Source: Eledone cirrhosa
Lineage: Eukaryota
Direction: 5' to 3'
DNA: 64,000 nt
Assembly (NCBI GenBank): GCA_964016885.1
Contig: OZ024742.1
Span: forward strand, 301,196,001-301,260,000
Shown here: positions 26,373 to 39,718 of the stretch, piece by piece
How the letters are laid out: each line of letters starts with the position of its first letter
Numbering within the stretch: position 1 is the stretch's first letter
Program-made: the position numbers and the translations under genes
Notes under the pieces: model-generated
The model's input: only the letters and a program-made list of their open reading frames with translations
Told to the model about the DNA's origin: nothing
Database searches by the model: none

Positions 26373-27200
26373 ATATGTGTATATAGATGTGTATGTATGT
26401 GTATGTGTGTACACATGGACTAGAGTATGTATGTATATATGTGTGTGTCTATACGTGTGTATATAAAGATAAGTTGAGTATGAAAATGTATACACATGAG
26501 CGCGTATGTATGTACATGAATACATGTGTGTATATATATGTGTATGCATGTGTATATATATATGTAAGTATGAATATGTGAATTGTGAGTATATGTATTT
26601 TGTAGAGGTGTGCAAATATATTTGTGTGTGAATGCGTGGGTGAAAGGATACGTACACTTGAAAGAAAAATTTAAGTCTGAATGTTAATTAAGTGCAAACA
26701 CAAAACCAACCACGCATATCTTTACTATCTCTAATCCTTCTATAGATTTAGAAAAATAACCAATAATATATTCTATAAAAAATGTCAAAACAACAGATGG
26801 GAATCTAATTACTCACTGCCACCAAGAATTCTCACTGCTATCGAAAAACCACTCCTTCAACTATTCTTCTAACAACTTCACCCCTCCCTCCTAATATTCT
26901 CTATAAAAACTAAATAGGTCCTCAGTAATATTATTCTGATGAAATGACAGTAAATAATAACATTGAAATATTGAATGTCTGCATAACTAAAAGTTTGTAG
27001 ATAGCAGCTGTTTTAGGTTATGTAACTGTTATAGAAACACGTGTCAATAAATTCCTTTCAACTAAACTGTATCCATTCAAATCTTTCTATTTTTCTCCGG
27101 ATTACTTTTGGAACTACAACTGGAACCGTCGAGCAAACTCTACGTGAGCTGATAATCTACTGTGTGTAATATTTATATTACAACACAACGGAAAATACTG
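24892..27200 (+). mobile_element. 5'-truncated Penelope-like element inserted in (TA)n
   Basis: RT end VVNFLDVTLNL, SNHP..I.K.IP, WYNP, CNC..CPL..NCL, GIY-YIG YYVGSTATSFKSRLYRH (25744-26070). HHR in the 3' region and TA repeats on both sides. Confidence 0.9.
26931..27050 (+). ncRNA. Type I hammerhead ribozyme motif with a long stem II insertion
   Basis: TTATT-CTGATGA-a ATGACAGT...ACTGTTAT a-GAAA-CACGTG-TC-AATAA. Canonical GUC site at 27043-27045. Confidence 0.88.
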
Positions 27201-27689
27201 TATATATATATATATATATATATAACTAAGAAGTTGTGGTAAGATACCAGGTGGACCATAACGCACCAGAGTACTCGATACTTAGTTAGGGTAGTAGAAT
27301 GGGTAATAGAATAAGAGTCAGGAACCTGACGGTTGAGCTACGGCCGTTTCGACTATTAGATCCGAACTAAGCCAGCAGTCTGCTGTTCACTAGTGTGTGC
27401 TTATATATGTTGTCGTTTTTGTTGTTATTGTACTTGTATATATATTTATTTACTTATTTATTTATATTTCCCTTAAGTCAGTGTTTTTAAGTATGTGTTT
27501 TTTTATTCTACCTTTGTTCACTAGTGTGTGTTTATATGTATTTGTTGTTATTGTACTTGTGTATATATTCATTTATTTATTTATTTATCTATATTTCCCT
27601 TAAGTCAGTATTGTTTGTTTGGGTATGGTTGTTGTTATTCCATTCGGTCTTTCTGTTCAACTTCGGTCTTCTTAGTTCTATCTCAGTTG

Positions 27690-28670
27690 CTTCTCTGATA
27701 GGATTTTTCACAGTGGTTAAGGGTTTCGAAGTTGATGTCATCCTCAATTCCCGTAAGTCGGTGATTAATTTCGACGACTTTATTTGGATTAAAAAATATA
27801 ATAGTAGCCCATTCGACGTGAGTATGGGCGCCAGCGATTCTGCGAAGGTTACTGATCTTATCGACCTTTTCCTTCTTTTCTCTATCAATGAAGAATTCCA
27901 CAACGTGGGCGGTGGTTAGTAGCGTGATGACGGTCTTTTGACCACGACAAAGTGCGGCCCACGTGCTTGAGAAAGGTTCAGAAAAGAACTGACAGCCTTC
28001 TTTAAAGGCTTTAACCTCCCCATACAGGTTGAGGCCAACCTCAATTTGTCGAATGGCTTGCACTACGCGTATAGAAAGCCGAATGATACGCTTAATTACA
28101 TAAGTAAGCATTCTAACCATACTGCCAGCATAACCAAGAACCTGGTAAGAAACGTTTCTTTGAGGCTTTCCCGTCTATCTACAAACGAGCATATTTTCAC
28201 CGACCATTCCACATATTACAATGAAGCTCTTGCTCGGAGTGGATTCGTTGATAAGGTAGCATATACTAACTATGAGCATAGACCAAGGAAAAATAGATCC
28301 CGACTCATTATATGGTATAACCCACCATATAATATGGAGATGGCCACGCCATTAGCTAAGATCTTTCTCTCCTTTATTAAGAAGCATTCCCCTCAGCACA
28401 TAAATATAATAACATTTTTAATAGAAATACCATTAAAATGTCTTACTCTACGACTCCTAACCTTGCACATAACATCACTGTTTCAAATTTAGCTAAATTA
28501 CCTAGCCGTAGAAACACGTGCAACCCTGTAGCTAGTACTAACTGTAATTGTAGGAATCGGGTTGACTGCCCCTATCCGGGAAATGCCTCTCCAATAACAT
28601 TATCTACAAATGTAAGGTCGAAACACCCACGTCCCGTAGGGCCTACATAGGGTTAACCGCCAACTACATA
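27690..28670 (+). pseudogene. Degenerate PLE RT/endonuclease fragment
   Basis: FDVSMGASDSAKVTDLI, RDDGL, YRKPND..NYI...SNH, WYNPPY, CNCRNR..CP. Contains stops and frameshifts. Confidence 0.8.
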
Positions 28671-28873
28671 GGGTTAACTGAGGCTGAAAAAGCCCGATGG
28701 GCTGCCTCAGGGTAGGCGAAAGAGGAAAAAGGAAAAGGAAGAGGAGAGGGAGTGGAAGGAAGTGATAAGAAGAGATAAAGGGAAAAAGAAAAGAAGTACA
28801 TCTACCTATGTCTGCTGGGGTTTCCCCTATGTTGTTCAGCAAGTGGAGAAAAGAAGGATGTTGCAGCCATTGT

Positions 28874-29876
28874 CTATTCACCCGGGTCATGAGGGGGTTT
28901 GAGGGCGAGGTAAGTCCTACGCAATCGGTGTTTACATGCAGTTACAAGTTCGTCTTTTTTGTTTAGGAGTTGGTCCTTCGTAAACAGCATTTGTATTGTT
29001 TCCCCCGAGCATAAGTTACACGGACGGCGTCCTCCCGTGTAGGAGTTAGCCCTGGACAGTAAGCTCCAAGTAAGATTGTATGTTATGTTATCTTGGAGGT
29101 CCCAGATGTGGCCCGAAAGTGTAGTGGCATGTCGCCGGGCCGGGTTTCGGAACGTATGTCGGTGTTGGTAGAGCCGGGTCTTAAAGTCACAAGCGGTTAA
29201 TCCTATATAGACTTTGTTGGAGTTTTCCGTCCTCACGTTGCATTGGTAGATCACGTTACGTTCTCGGCATCTGTTGTTGAGGGGGCACGTAGAACTATCA
29301 GGGCACTTACACCTCCTGGTCGGCTCTCCACTAATGTCTGGGTTGTTTCTTCCATAGGAGTTGAGTTTCTTGTTGTTTGAGGAGGCGATGTTTTGTGCGA
29401 AGTTGGGTGTGGTCCTGTAGGAGAGTTTGATAGTGTTTTTGTTGATTATGTTGTGGTAGCAGTGTTGTGATGGGAAGCGTTTTTCGAGGAGCCTAAAGAA
29501 GATTTTCCCGATTGGTGTTGCACCTCGGCATTGTGGGGAGGGTTGAACCACGTTACGTGGCGTGAGCAGCGGCGTCGCCTGCTGGTTCCGTTAAGGGAAG
29601 CAGGATAAAAGGAGATTTCCTCCCGAAAGCCGCTTCGCTTGAGGGCCTGATTGTAATAAGGCGCATGTTCATCGAATATCTGCTCATTAGCGGACAAACT
29701 AGATATGCGGGGGGGGGGGTAACCAGGTGATGTTTCTGGGATGGTTAGAGCGGCGGTGGATGTAACCGTCTTAGAAACATCACCAATAACCTGGTTAAAA
29801 ACATCTCCCTCCGCATATCTCGTTTGTCCGCTAATGAGCAGATATTCGATGAACCTTATTACAACCAGGCCCTCAC
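28874..29876 (-). mobile_element. PLE 3' fragment (GIY-YIG) with a short 5' inversion
   Basis: WFNPPH, IYQC..KVYIGLTACDFKTRLYQH, PCNLC..E. 29811-29876 is an inverted copy of about 29640-29710. Confidence 0.85.
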
Positions 29877-30239
29877 GCGAGGTAACAAGTAACGAGGTAA
29901 GTACCAGTAATAAACCGGAATAATTGCTGGCCTTGTGCCAAAAGTAGAAAGAATTATGTAGATTCACCATGTAAAATGTGTTTTAAAATGTCAACTGAAA
30001 GCAGATGGATGCATTTAAATACATATAAATAGATTTGTAATCACGAAACCGCCTGACAGGTGTACAGAATCTCCACCTCAAAATAACATCTATCGCTGCC
30101 ATACCAAGTGCATGTGTGCGTTGATGTTCTCTCTTTTCCCACTGCCTCCGTCTCTTTCGCTTTCCCCATCTCTCACTATTATAAGCAAACGGGAGCCTAC
30201 GCGCTGACCGCCTTGTGGTCTTGGCGGACAGAATGACAT

Positions 30240-31113
30240 TTCATTTTATTGACCTCGGGGGAAGAATGGCAAAGCTGAACTCGGCGGAATTTGAATTCTG
30301 AACATAAAGGGTCGCAATATAAAGAACCAGAACAAATATAAATCTAAAACTCTAACGACTCTGTCAATTTACTACCTTGCTAGCTATGTGGACGAGGTAT
30401 AATCAACCTCGCTGAATTAGCTTTTGCCACTAACTTTCCTTCGTATTCACTACACAAATAATGGTTTCTGATTTAAGCACAAGCCAAGAATTTTGGGGGG
30501 AGTGGGAAAAATCGATTAAATCGACCCCAGTGCATTACTGGCGCTTTGTTTTTCGACCTCGTAATGATGAAAGGCAAAGTTAACCTGGGCAGGATTTGAA
30601 CTCAGAACATGAGGGGCTGTAATTCTATGCCGCACAGTATGGTGTCCGAGGCCCTACTGATTCTGCCAATCTACCGCCCTACTAATAATAAACAACATTG
30701 TCACAGTCAACAGACTGAGGGAAAATGTTGTTTATCTCAGCCAATGGAAGTCAAAGAAATGAATTTGACAATAGCGTCAACTGATAGTATATGCGATAAT
30801 AATTGTTAGAAATATTTGTTATATTTTTGGCACAAAGCTAACAATTTATAGGGAAGGAAGAAACCCAGTGTATTACTGGTGTTATATTTTATCGATCCCG
30901 TAAGGATGAAAGACAAAGCTAACCTTGAGCTCAGAACGTAAAGGGCCGTAACTCTATTCTGCAAAGCATGTTTCCCACGCTCTGTTAGAAATAGTGGCTT
31001 CTGATTTAGGCACAAGGGGCAAGTTACTTAAATCTACCCCAGTGCATTACTGGTGCTTTATCTTATCGACTCCATAAGGATGAAAAGCAAAGCTAACCTC
31101 GGCGGGATTTGAC
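30240..31113 (-). mobile_element. Cluster of about four family A SINE copies or fragments next to exon 2
   Basis: Repeated 'ttttat(c/t)gac...ggatgaaaggcaaag(c/t)taacct..gc.ggatttgaa' at about 30245, 30545, 30885 and 31060. Confidence 0.8.
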
Positions 31114-31140
31114 TCTGTTAGAAATAATATGTAGACATAC

Positions 31141-31492
31141 CTGCGAGAACATTTCTATCAAATTCTGGATGTAGGTAGACACCAAGATTTTCACCTTCCT
31201 CGTAAATCTTGCGGCCAGCTATGATTTCAAACCATTCCTTGTGTTCAATTCTTACAATGTCAGCCCCTAGCTTCTCAACAGCGTCCGTTTTACATTTTGG
31301 TGCGTGCTCTGGGACTAGGATTGTGCATTTGATGTTATTTTTCTTGCCAAACCAAGCGACAGCTCGTGCAAAATTACCCGTACTCACGGTGTAGACTGAT
31401 TTAGTACCGGGAGGAAGGTTGTTAAAACTGCAAAATGCGTTGCGTAATTTGAACGATCCAACAGGGTGCAGATTCTCAAGCTTCAGATAAAT
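31141..31492 (-). CDS. Coding exon 2 of the dehydratase/racemase-family gene, containing the PLP lysine
   Basis: tttccag acceptor. Reads IYLKLENLHPVGSFKLRNA...VSTGNFARAVA...HPEFDRNVLA-G. GTATGT donor, 352 nt, phase 1. Confidence 0.95.
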
Positions 31493-31597
31493 CTGGAAAT
31501 ATGAAAATAATGATGGGGGTACTTAAATATATTTAGAACTAAAGTTAAATATATCTCAAGTGTTACATATTTCTCATGTAGCATAACACAATTCTAA

Positions 31598-34500
31598 CAC
31601 ACCTCACCACTACTATACACCTCACCACTACTATACACCCCATCTCTACTATACACCTCACCACTACTATACACCCCATCTCTACTATACACCTCACCAC
31701 TAATATACACCCCATCTCTACTATACACCTCACCACTACTATACACCTCACCACTACTATACACCTCACCACTACTATACACCCCATCTCTACTATACAC
31801 CTCACCACTACTATACACCTCACCACTACTATACACCTCACCACTACTATACACCTCACCACTACTATACACCCCATCTCTACTATACACCTCACCACTA
31901 CTATACACCTCACCACTACTATACACCTCACCACTACTATAAAACGCACCACTACTATACACCTCACCACTACTATACACCTCACCACTACTATACACCC
32001 CATCTCTACTATACACCTCACCACTACTATACACCTCACCACTACTATACACCTCACCACTACTATACACCCCATCTCTACTATACACCTCACCACTACT
32101 ATACACCTCACCACTACTATACACCTCACCACTACTATACACCCCATCTCTACTATACACCTCACCACTACTATACACCTCACCACTACTATACACCTCA
32201 CCACTACTATACACCTCACCACTACTATACACCTCACCACTACTATACACCTCACCACTACTATACACCCCATCTCTACTATACACCTCACCACTACTAT
32301 ACACCTCACCACTACTATACACCTCACCACTACTATACACCTCACCACTACTATACACCTCACCACTACTATACACCCCATCTCTACTATACACCTCACC
32401 ACTACTATACACCTCACCACTACTATACACCCCATCTCTACTATACACCTCACCACTACTATACACCTCACCACTACTATACACCTCACCACTACTTTAC
32501 ACCTCACCACTACTATATACACCCCATCTCTACTATACACCTCACCACTACTATACACCCCATCTCTACTATACACCTCACCTCTACTATACACCTCACC
32601 ACTACTATACACCTCACCACTACTATACACCCCACCTCTACTATACACCCCATCTCTACTATACACCTCACCACTACTATACACCTCACCACTACTATAC
32701 ACCTCACCACTACTATACACCCCATCTCTACTATACACCTCACCACTACTATACACCTCACCACTACTATACACCTCACCACTACTATACACCTCATCTC
32801 TACTATACACCTCACCACTACTATACACCTCACCACTACTTTACACCTCACCACTACTATACACCCCATCTCTACTATACACCCCATCTCTACTATACAC
32901 CCCATCTCTACTATACACCCCATCTCTACTATACACCTCACCACTACTATACACCCCATCTCTACTATACACCTCACCACTACTATACACCCCATCTCTA
33001 CTATACACCTCACCACTACTATACACCCCATCTCTACTATACACCTCACCACTACTATACACCCCATCTCTACTATACACCTCACCACTACTATACACCC
33101 CATCTCTACTATACACCTCACCACTACTATACACCTCACCACTACTATACACCTCACCACTACTATACACCCCATCTCTACTATACACCTCACCACTACT
33201 ATACACCTCACCACTACTATACACCCCATCTCTACTATACACCCCATCTCTACTATACACCTCACCACTACTATACACCTCACCACTACTATACACCCCA
33301 TCTCTACTATACACCTCACCACTACTATACACCTCACCACTACTATACACCCCATCTCTACTATACACCTCACCACTACTATACACCCCATCTCTACTAT
33401 ACACCTCACCTCTACTATACACCTCACCACTACTATACACCTCACCACTACTATACACCCCATCTCTACTATACACCTCACCACTACTATACACCTCACC
33501 ACTACTATACACCCCATCTCTACTATACACCTCACCACTACTATACACCTCACCACTACTATACACCCCATCTCTACTATACACCTCACCACTACTATAC
33601 ACCCCATCTCTACTATACACCTCACCTCTACTATACACCTCACCACTACTATACACCTCACCACTACTATACACCCCATCTCTACTATACACCCCATCTC
33701 TACTATACACCTCACCACTACTATACACCCCATCTCTACTATACACCCCATCTCTACTATACACCTCACCTCTACTATACACCTCACCACTACTATACAC
33801 CTCACCACTACTATACACCTCACCACTACTATACACCTCACCACTACTATACACCTCACCACTACTATACACCCCACCTCTACTATACACCCCATCTCTA
33901 CTATACACCTCACCACTACTATACACCTCACCACTACTATACACCCCATCTCTACTATACACCTCACCACTACTATACACCTCACCACTACTATACACCC
34001 CATCTCTACTATACACCTCACCACTACTATACACCCCATCTCTACTATACACCTCACCACTACTATACACCTCACCACTACTATACACCTCACCACTACT
34101 ATACACCTCACCACTACTATACACCCCATCTCTACTATACACCTCACCACTACTATACACCTCACCACTACTATACACCCCATCTCTACTATACACCTCA
34201 CCACTACTATACACCCCATCTCTACTATACACCTCACCTCTACTATACACCTCACCACTACTATACACCTCACCACTACTATACACCTCACCACTACTAT
34301 ACACCTCACCACTACTATACACCCCATCTCTACTATACACCTCACCACTACTATACACCTCACCACTACTATACACCTCACCACTACTATACACCCCATC
34401 TCTACTATACACCTCACCACTACTATACACCTCACCACTACTATACACCTCACCACTACTATACACCCCACCTCTACTATACACCCCATCTCTACTATAC

Positions 34501-37500
34501 ACCTCACCACTACTATACACCTCACCACTACTATACACCTCACCACTACTATACACCCCACCTCTACTATACACCCCATCTCTACTATACACCTCACCAC
34601 TACTATACACCTCACCACTACTATACACCTCACCACTACTATACACCCCACCTCTACTATACACCCCATCTCTACTATACACCTCACCACTACTATACAC
34701 CTCACCACTACTATACACCTCACCACTACTTTACACCTCACCACTACTATACACCCCATCTCTACTATACACCTCACCACTACTATACACCCCATCTCTA
34801 CTATACACCTCACCACTACTATACACCTCACCACTACTATACACCTCACCACTACTATACACCCCATCTCTACTATACACCTCACCACTACTATACACCT
34901 CACCACTACTATACACCTCACCACTACTATACACCCCATCTCTACTATACACCCCATCTCTACTATACACCTCACCACTAATATACACCCCATCTCTACT
35001 ATACACCTCACCACTAATATACACCCCATCTCTACTATACACCTCACCACTACTATACACCCCATCTCTACTATACACCTCACCTCTACTATACACCTCA
35101 CCACTACTATACACCTCACCACTACTATACACCCCATCTCTACTATACACCCCATCTCTACTATACACCCCATCTCTACTATACACCTCACCACTACTAT
35201 ACACCCCATCTCTACTATACACCCCATCTCTACTATACACCCCATCTCTACTATACACCTCACCACTACTATACACCTCACCACTACTATACACCCCATC
35301 TCTACTATACACCTCACCTCTACTATACACCTCACCACTACTATACACCCCATCTCTACTATACACCTCACCTCTACTATACACCTCACCACTACTATAC
35401 ACCCCATCTCTACTATACACCTCACCACTACTATACACCTCACCACTACTATACACCTCACCACTACTATACACCTCACCACTACTATACACCCCATCTC
35501 TACTATACACCCCATCTCTACTATACACCTCACCACTACTATACACCTCACCACTACTATACACCTCACCACTACTATACACCTCACCACTACTATACAC
35601 CCCATCTCTACTATACACCTCACCACTACTATACACCTCACCACTACTATACACCTCACCACTACTATACACCCCATCTCTACTATACACCTCACCACTA
35701 CTATACACCCCATCTCTACTATACACCTCACCACTACTATACACCTCACCACTACTATACACCTCACCACTACTATACACCCCATCTCTACTATACACCT
35801 CACCACTACTATACACCCCATCTCTACTATACACCTCACCACTACTATACACCCCATCTCTACTATACACCTCACCACTACTATATACACCCCATCTCTA
35901 CTATACACCTCACCACTAATATACACCCCATCTCTACTATACACCTCACCACTACTATACACCCCATCTCTACTATACACCTCACCTCTACTATACACCC
36001 CATCTCTACTATACACCTCACCACTACTATACACCCCATCTCTACTATACACCTCACCACTACTATACACCCCATCTCTACTATACACCTCACCACTACT
36101 ATACACCTCACCACTACTATACACCTCACCACTACTATACACCTCACCACTACTATACACCCCATCTCTACTATACACCTCACCACTACTATACACCCCA
36201 TCTCTACTATACACCCCATCTTTACTATACACACCATCTCTACTATACACCTCACCACTACTATACACCCCATCTCTACTATACACCTCACCACTAATAT
36301 ACACCCCATCTCTACTATACACCTCACCTCTACTATACACCTCACCACTACTATACACCTCACCACTACTATATACACCCCATCTCTACTATACACCTCA
36401 CCACTAATATACACCCCATCTCTACTATACACCTCACCTCTACTATACACCTCATCTCTACTATACACCTCACCACTACTATACACCCCATCTCTACTAT
36501 ACACCTCACCACTAATATACACCCCATCTCTACTATACACCTCACCTCTACTATACACCTCACCACTACTATACACCCCATCTCTACTATACACCTCACC
36601 TCTACTATACACCTCACCACTACTATACACCTCACCTCTACTATACACCTCACCTCTACTATACACCTCACCACTACTATACACCTCACCTCTACTATAC
36701 ACCTCACCTCTACTATACACCTCACCACTACTATACACCTCACCTCTACTATACACCTCATCTCTACTATACACCCCATCTCTACTATACACCCCATCTC
36801 TACTATACACCTCACCACTACTATACACCCCATCTCTACTATACACCTCACCACTAATATACACCCCATCTCTACTATACACCTCACCTCTACTATACAC
36901 CTCACCACTACTATACACCTCACCACTACTATATACACCCCATCTCTACTATACACCTCACCACTACTATACACCTCACCACTACTATACACCTCACCAC
37001 TACTATACACCTCACCACTACTATACACCTCACCACTACTATACACCTCACCACTACTATACACCTCACCACTACTATACACCTCACCACTACTATACAC
37101 CTCACCACTACTATACACCCCATCTCTACTATACACCTCACCACTACTATACACCCCATCTCTACTATACACCTCACCACTAATATATATACCCCATCTC
37201 TACTATACACCTCACCACTACTATACACCTCACCACTACTATACACCCCATCTCTACTATACACCTCACCACTAATATATATACCCCATCTCTACTATAC
37301 ACCTCACCACTAATATATACACCCCATCTCTACTATACACCTCACCACTAATATATACACCCCACCACTACTATACACCTCACCACTAATATATACACCC
37401 CATCTCTACTATACACCTCACCACTAATATATACACCCCATCACTACTATACACCTCACCACTACTATACACCCCATCACTACTATACACCTCACCACTA

Positions 37501-37543
37501 ATATATACACCCCATCACTACTATACACCTCACCACTAATATA
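31598..37543. repeat. 18-bp minisatellite, ~330 units, two main variants CTATACACCTCACCACTA and CTATACACCCCATCTCTA, in intron 1
   Basis: Directly visible tandem array. A detached block of about 5 units lies at 38005-38090. Confidence 0.98.
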
Positions 37544-38832
37544 TTTAACGAAGAGTATTAGTAAGAAATTGTTAGTTGTTAAATGGATTAAGAAAAATAG
37601 CTGATTTACTTTATATAAAAAGGTTTACTTCACTTCAATCAAAATATACAATAAACAAGTTACCAGGAGTTGCGAAGGTTGACAATGTTATTTTGTTGTT
37701 GGTTCATGAGGCTGGTGTAGTCTGCGACCAGGGGAGAGAGAGAGAGAGAGTCATGGTCTGTAGACCTCTGCGGCCTGAAGGTAGCGGTGAATCTTTCACA
37801 TAGATGGTCTGTATCGTGGTGCTCCGATCTCTCTGTGTAAAACCGGGGAATATACAGGCTTTATATATCTGTCGCTTTCTGTCTCCCACCTCGAAGGGAT
37901 AGCCCACGCATGAACCTGTTCACTCCAAAAGGGTGGTGACCTAGATTTTGACCTCTAGGTGTCATCCAAGGTTCAAGGCGTGGACAGGTTTTGCTACATA
38001 TATGCCCCATCTCTACTATACACCTCACCACTACTATACACCTCACCACTAATATACACCTCACCACTACTATACACCTCACCACTACTATCCTGTTCTG
38101 AAATTTAAAACACATATCTGCAAACAATTTTTTAAATCTCACTTAGCCGTCTTAAAAAACAACGAAGAACAAATTATATAGTCAAAGGTATTGTGTGCCT
38201 GGTGGTGAGGGCACATTTACTTAGATCTAGTGTATGTTTGGTTGGGAGGAGTAGATAGAATTGTTGTCTGTTTTATCCGTGATCATCAATATTCCGAATG
38301 AGGGTTGCCATAAGCTAACCTCGTACATAAATACAGCTAACTTCTCATAGAAAACTCTTTTCAGCTGACACATAACACTGCTCTTGATATCTAACATGTA
38401 TCATTGCATAAAGGTCTGTGTGTGGCTCAGTGCTTAGGGTGTCCGGCTTGCGATCGAAAGCTCGTGAGGTCGATTCTAAGCCGCATATTGTGTTTTTGTG
38501 CAAGACACTTTATTTCATATTGCTCCAGTCCACTCAGCTGATAAATAGGAGTTGTAACTGTCACGCATTTTAGATCATTCCATTTTACAAGCTGAGCTCC
38601 CGTATAACACACGTTTGTATCAGGGCTGTTCTTTTATGTGCCATAACTTAGAAGTTCGTCAAAAACGGGTTGACAAAATAAGTACCTAACTTGAAAATAA
38701 GAACTGAGGTCGATAAGATCGACTAAAATCAATGCAGATCCTTAGCATGGCCGCAGTCTCCTGAATGAATCCAGTAAAAAATGAAAAAGAATATCAAAAC
38801 TATTGAAAGTAATAGTAGAGAGTTATACTTAC

Positions 38833-38958
38833 ATTAGCATAAGGCCAGTCTATATTCAAAGGTACCAGTGGTGTCTTAAGGATTTCACCTTTCATTGTCT
38901 TCTGTGCCTTATATATTTCAGCAACTGTTGGCTGTAGATCACAGTCTGACAGCTCCAT
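38833..38958 (-). CDS. Coding exon 1 of a PLP-dependent Ser/Thr dehydratase / serine racemase-family gene (MELSDCDLQPTVAEIYKAQKTMKGEILKTPLVPLNIDWPYAN)
   Basis: Hand translation of the minus strand. ATG at 38958, fold-type II N-terminal 'I..A...I..TPL' pattern, GTAAGT donor at 38832-38827, phase 0 joining exon 2. Not in the ORF track. Confidence 0.85.
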
Positions 38959-39017
38959 TCTTACTGTTTAACAAACATGACAAGCCAACTACCTATATAT
39001 ATATATGTGTGTGTATG

Positions 39018-39054
<37 letters not shown>

Positions 39055-39311
39055 CTGTGTGTACGTGTGTGTGTGTGTACGTGTGTGTGTAATATATATA
39101 TATATATATATATACCCACCACCGTTTATTTTTTCATCCTCCTCTCTATAGCTGTCAGTTTCACTCACTATCACACATTACCTCTTCTCTACTTCTCTTT
39201 ACACACACACACCCACCTACACACACACACATGTATGTATAGAGAGAGATAGAGAAAGAGAGAGCATCCTCTTGTTTGTTCGTTTCTTGCTACCTGGATA
39301 CACACACACAT

Positions 39312-39348
<37 letters not shown>

Positions 39349-39366
39349 ATGTGTGTGTGTGTTATA

Positions 39367-39487
<121 letters not shown>

Positions 39488-39659
39488 ATATGTATACATA
39501 TCTGTGTATGCATGTATATGTGTGTTTATATGTGTGAACGTGGAGTAGGTGTCACGCCAGTATATATCCTGATACTCCCATCAACTCTCATACACACACT
39601 CTCATCCTCTCTCATTTTCTCTCCCACATACTCTCACTCTCTTTTCATTCTCTCTCACA

Positions 39660-39717
<58 letters not shown>
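39660..39717. repeat. (TATC)n microsatellite at the 5' junction of the Tx1-like LINE
   Basis: Directly visible. Confidence 0.95.

Positions 39718-39718
<1 letters not shown>

Noticed and set aside
27330-27380. GAAA-CGGCCG-TA half motif on the minus strand (similar one near 51285)
   Set aside because: No CUGANGA partner was found. At most it is a truncated remnant.
31563-37264. Very long minus-strand ORFs (up to 1281 aa) of SSGEVY / IVVVRC repeats
   Set aside because: They result from an 18-bp repeat lacking stops in two frames. Frames swap at TA indels and the array lies in an intron.
31598-37543. CRISPR-like or coded array
   Set aside because: There are no unique spacers and no cas genes, and the context is eukaryotic. 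It is a minisatellite.
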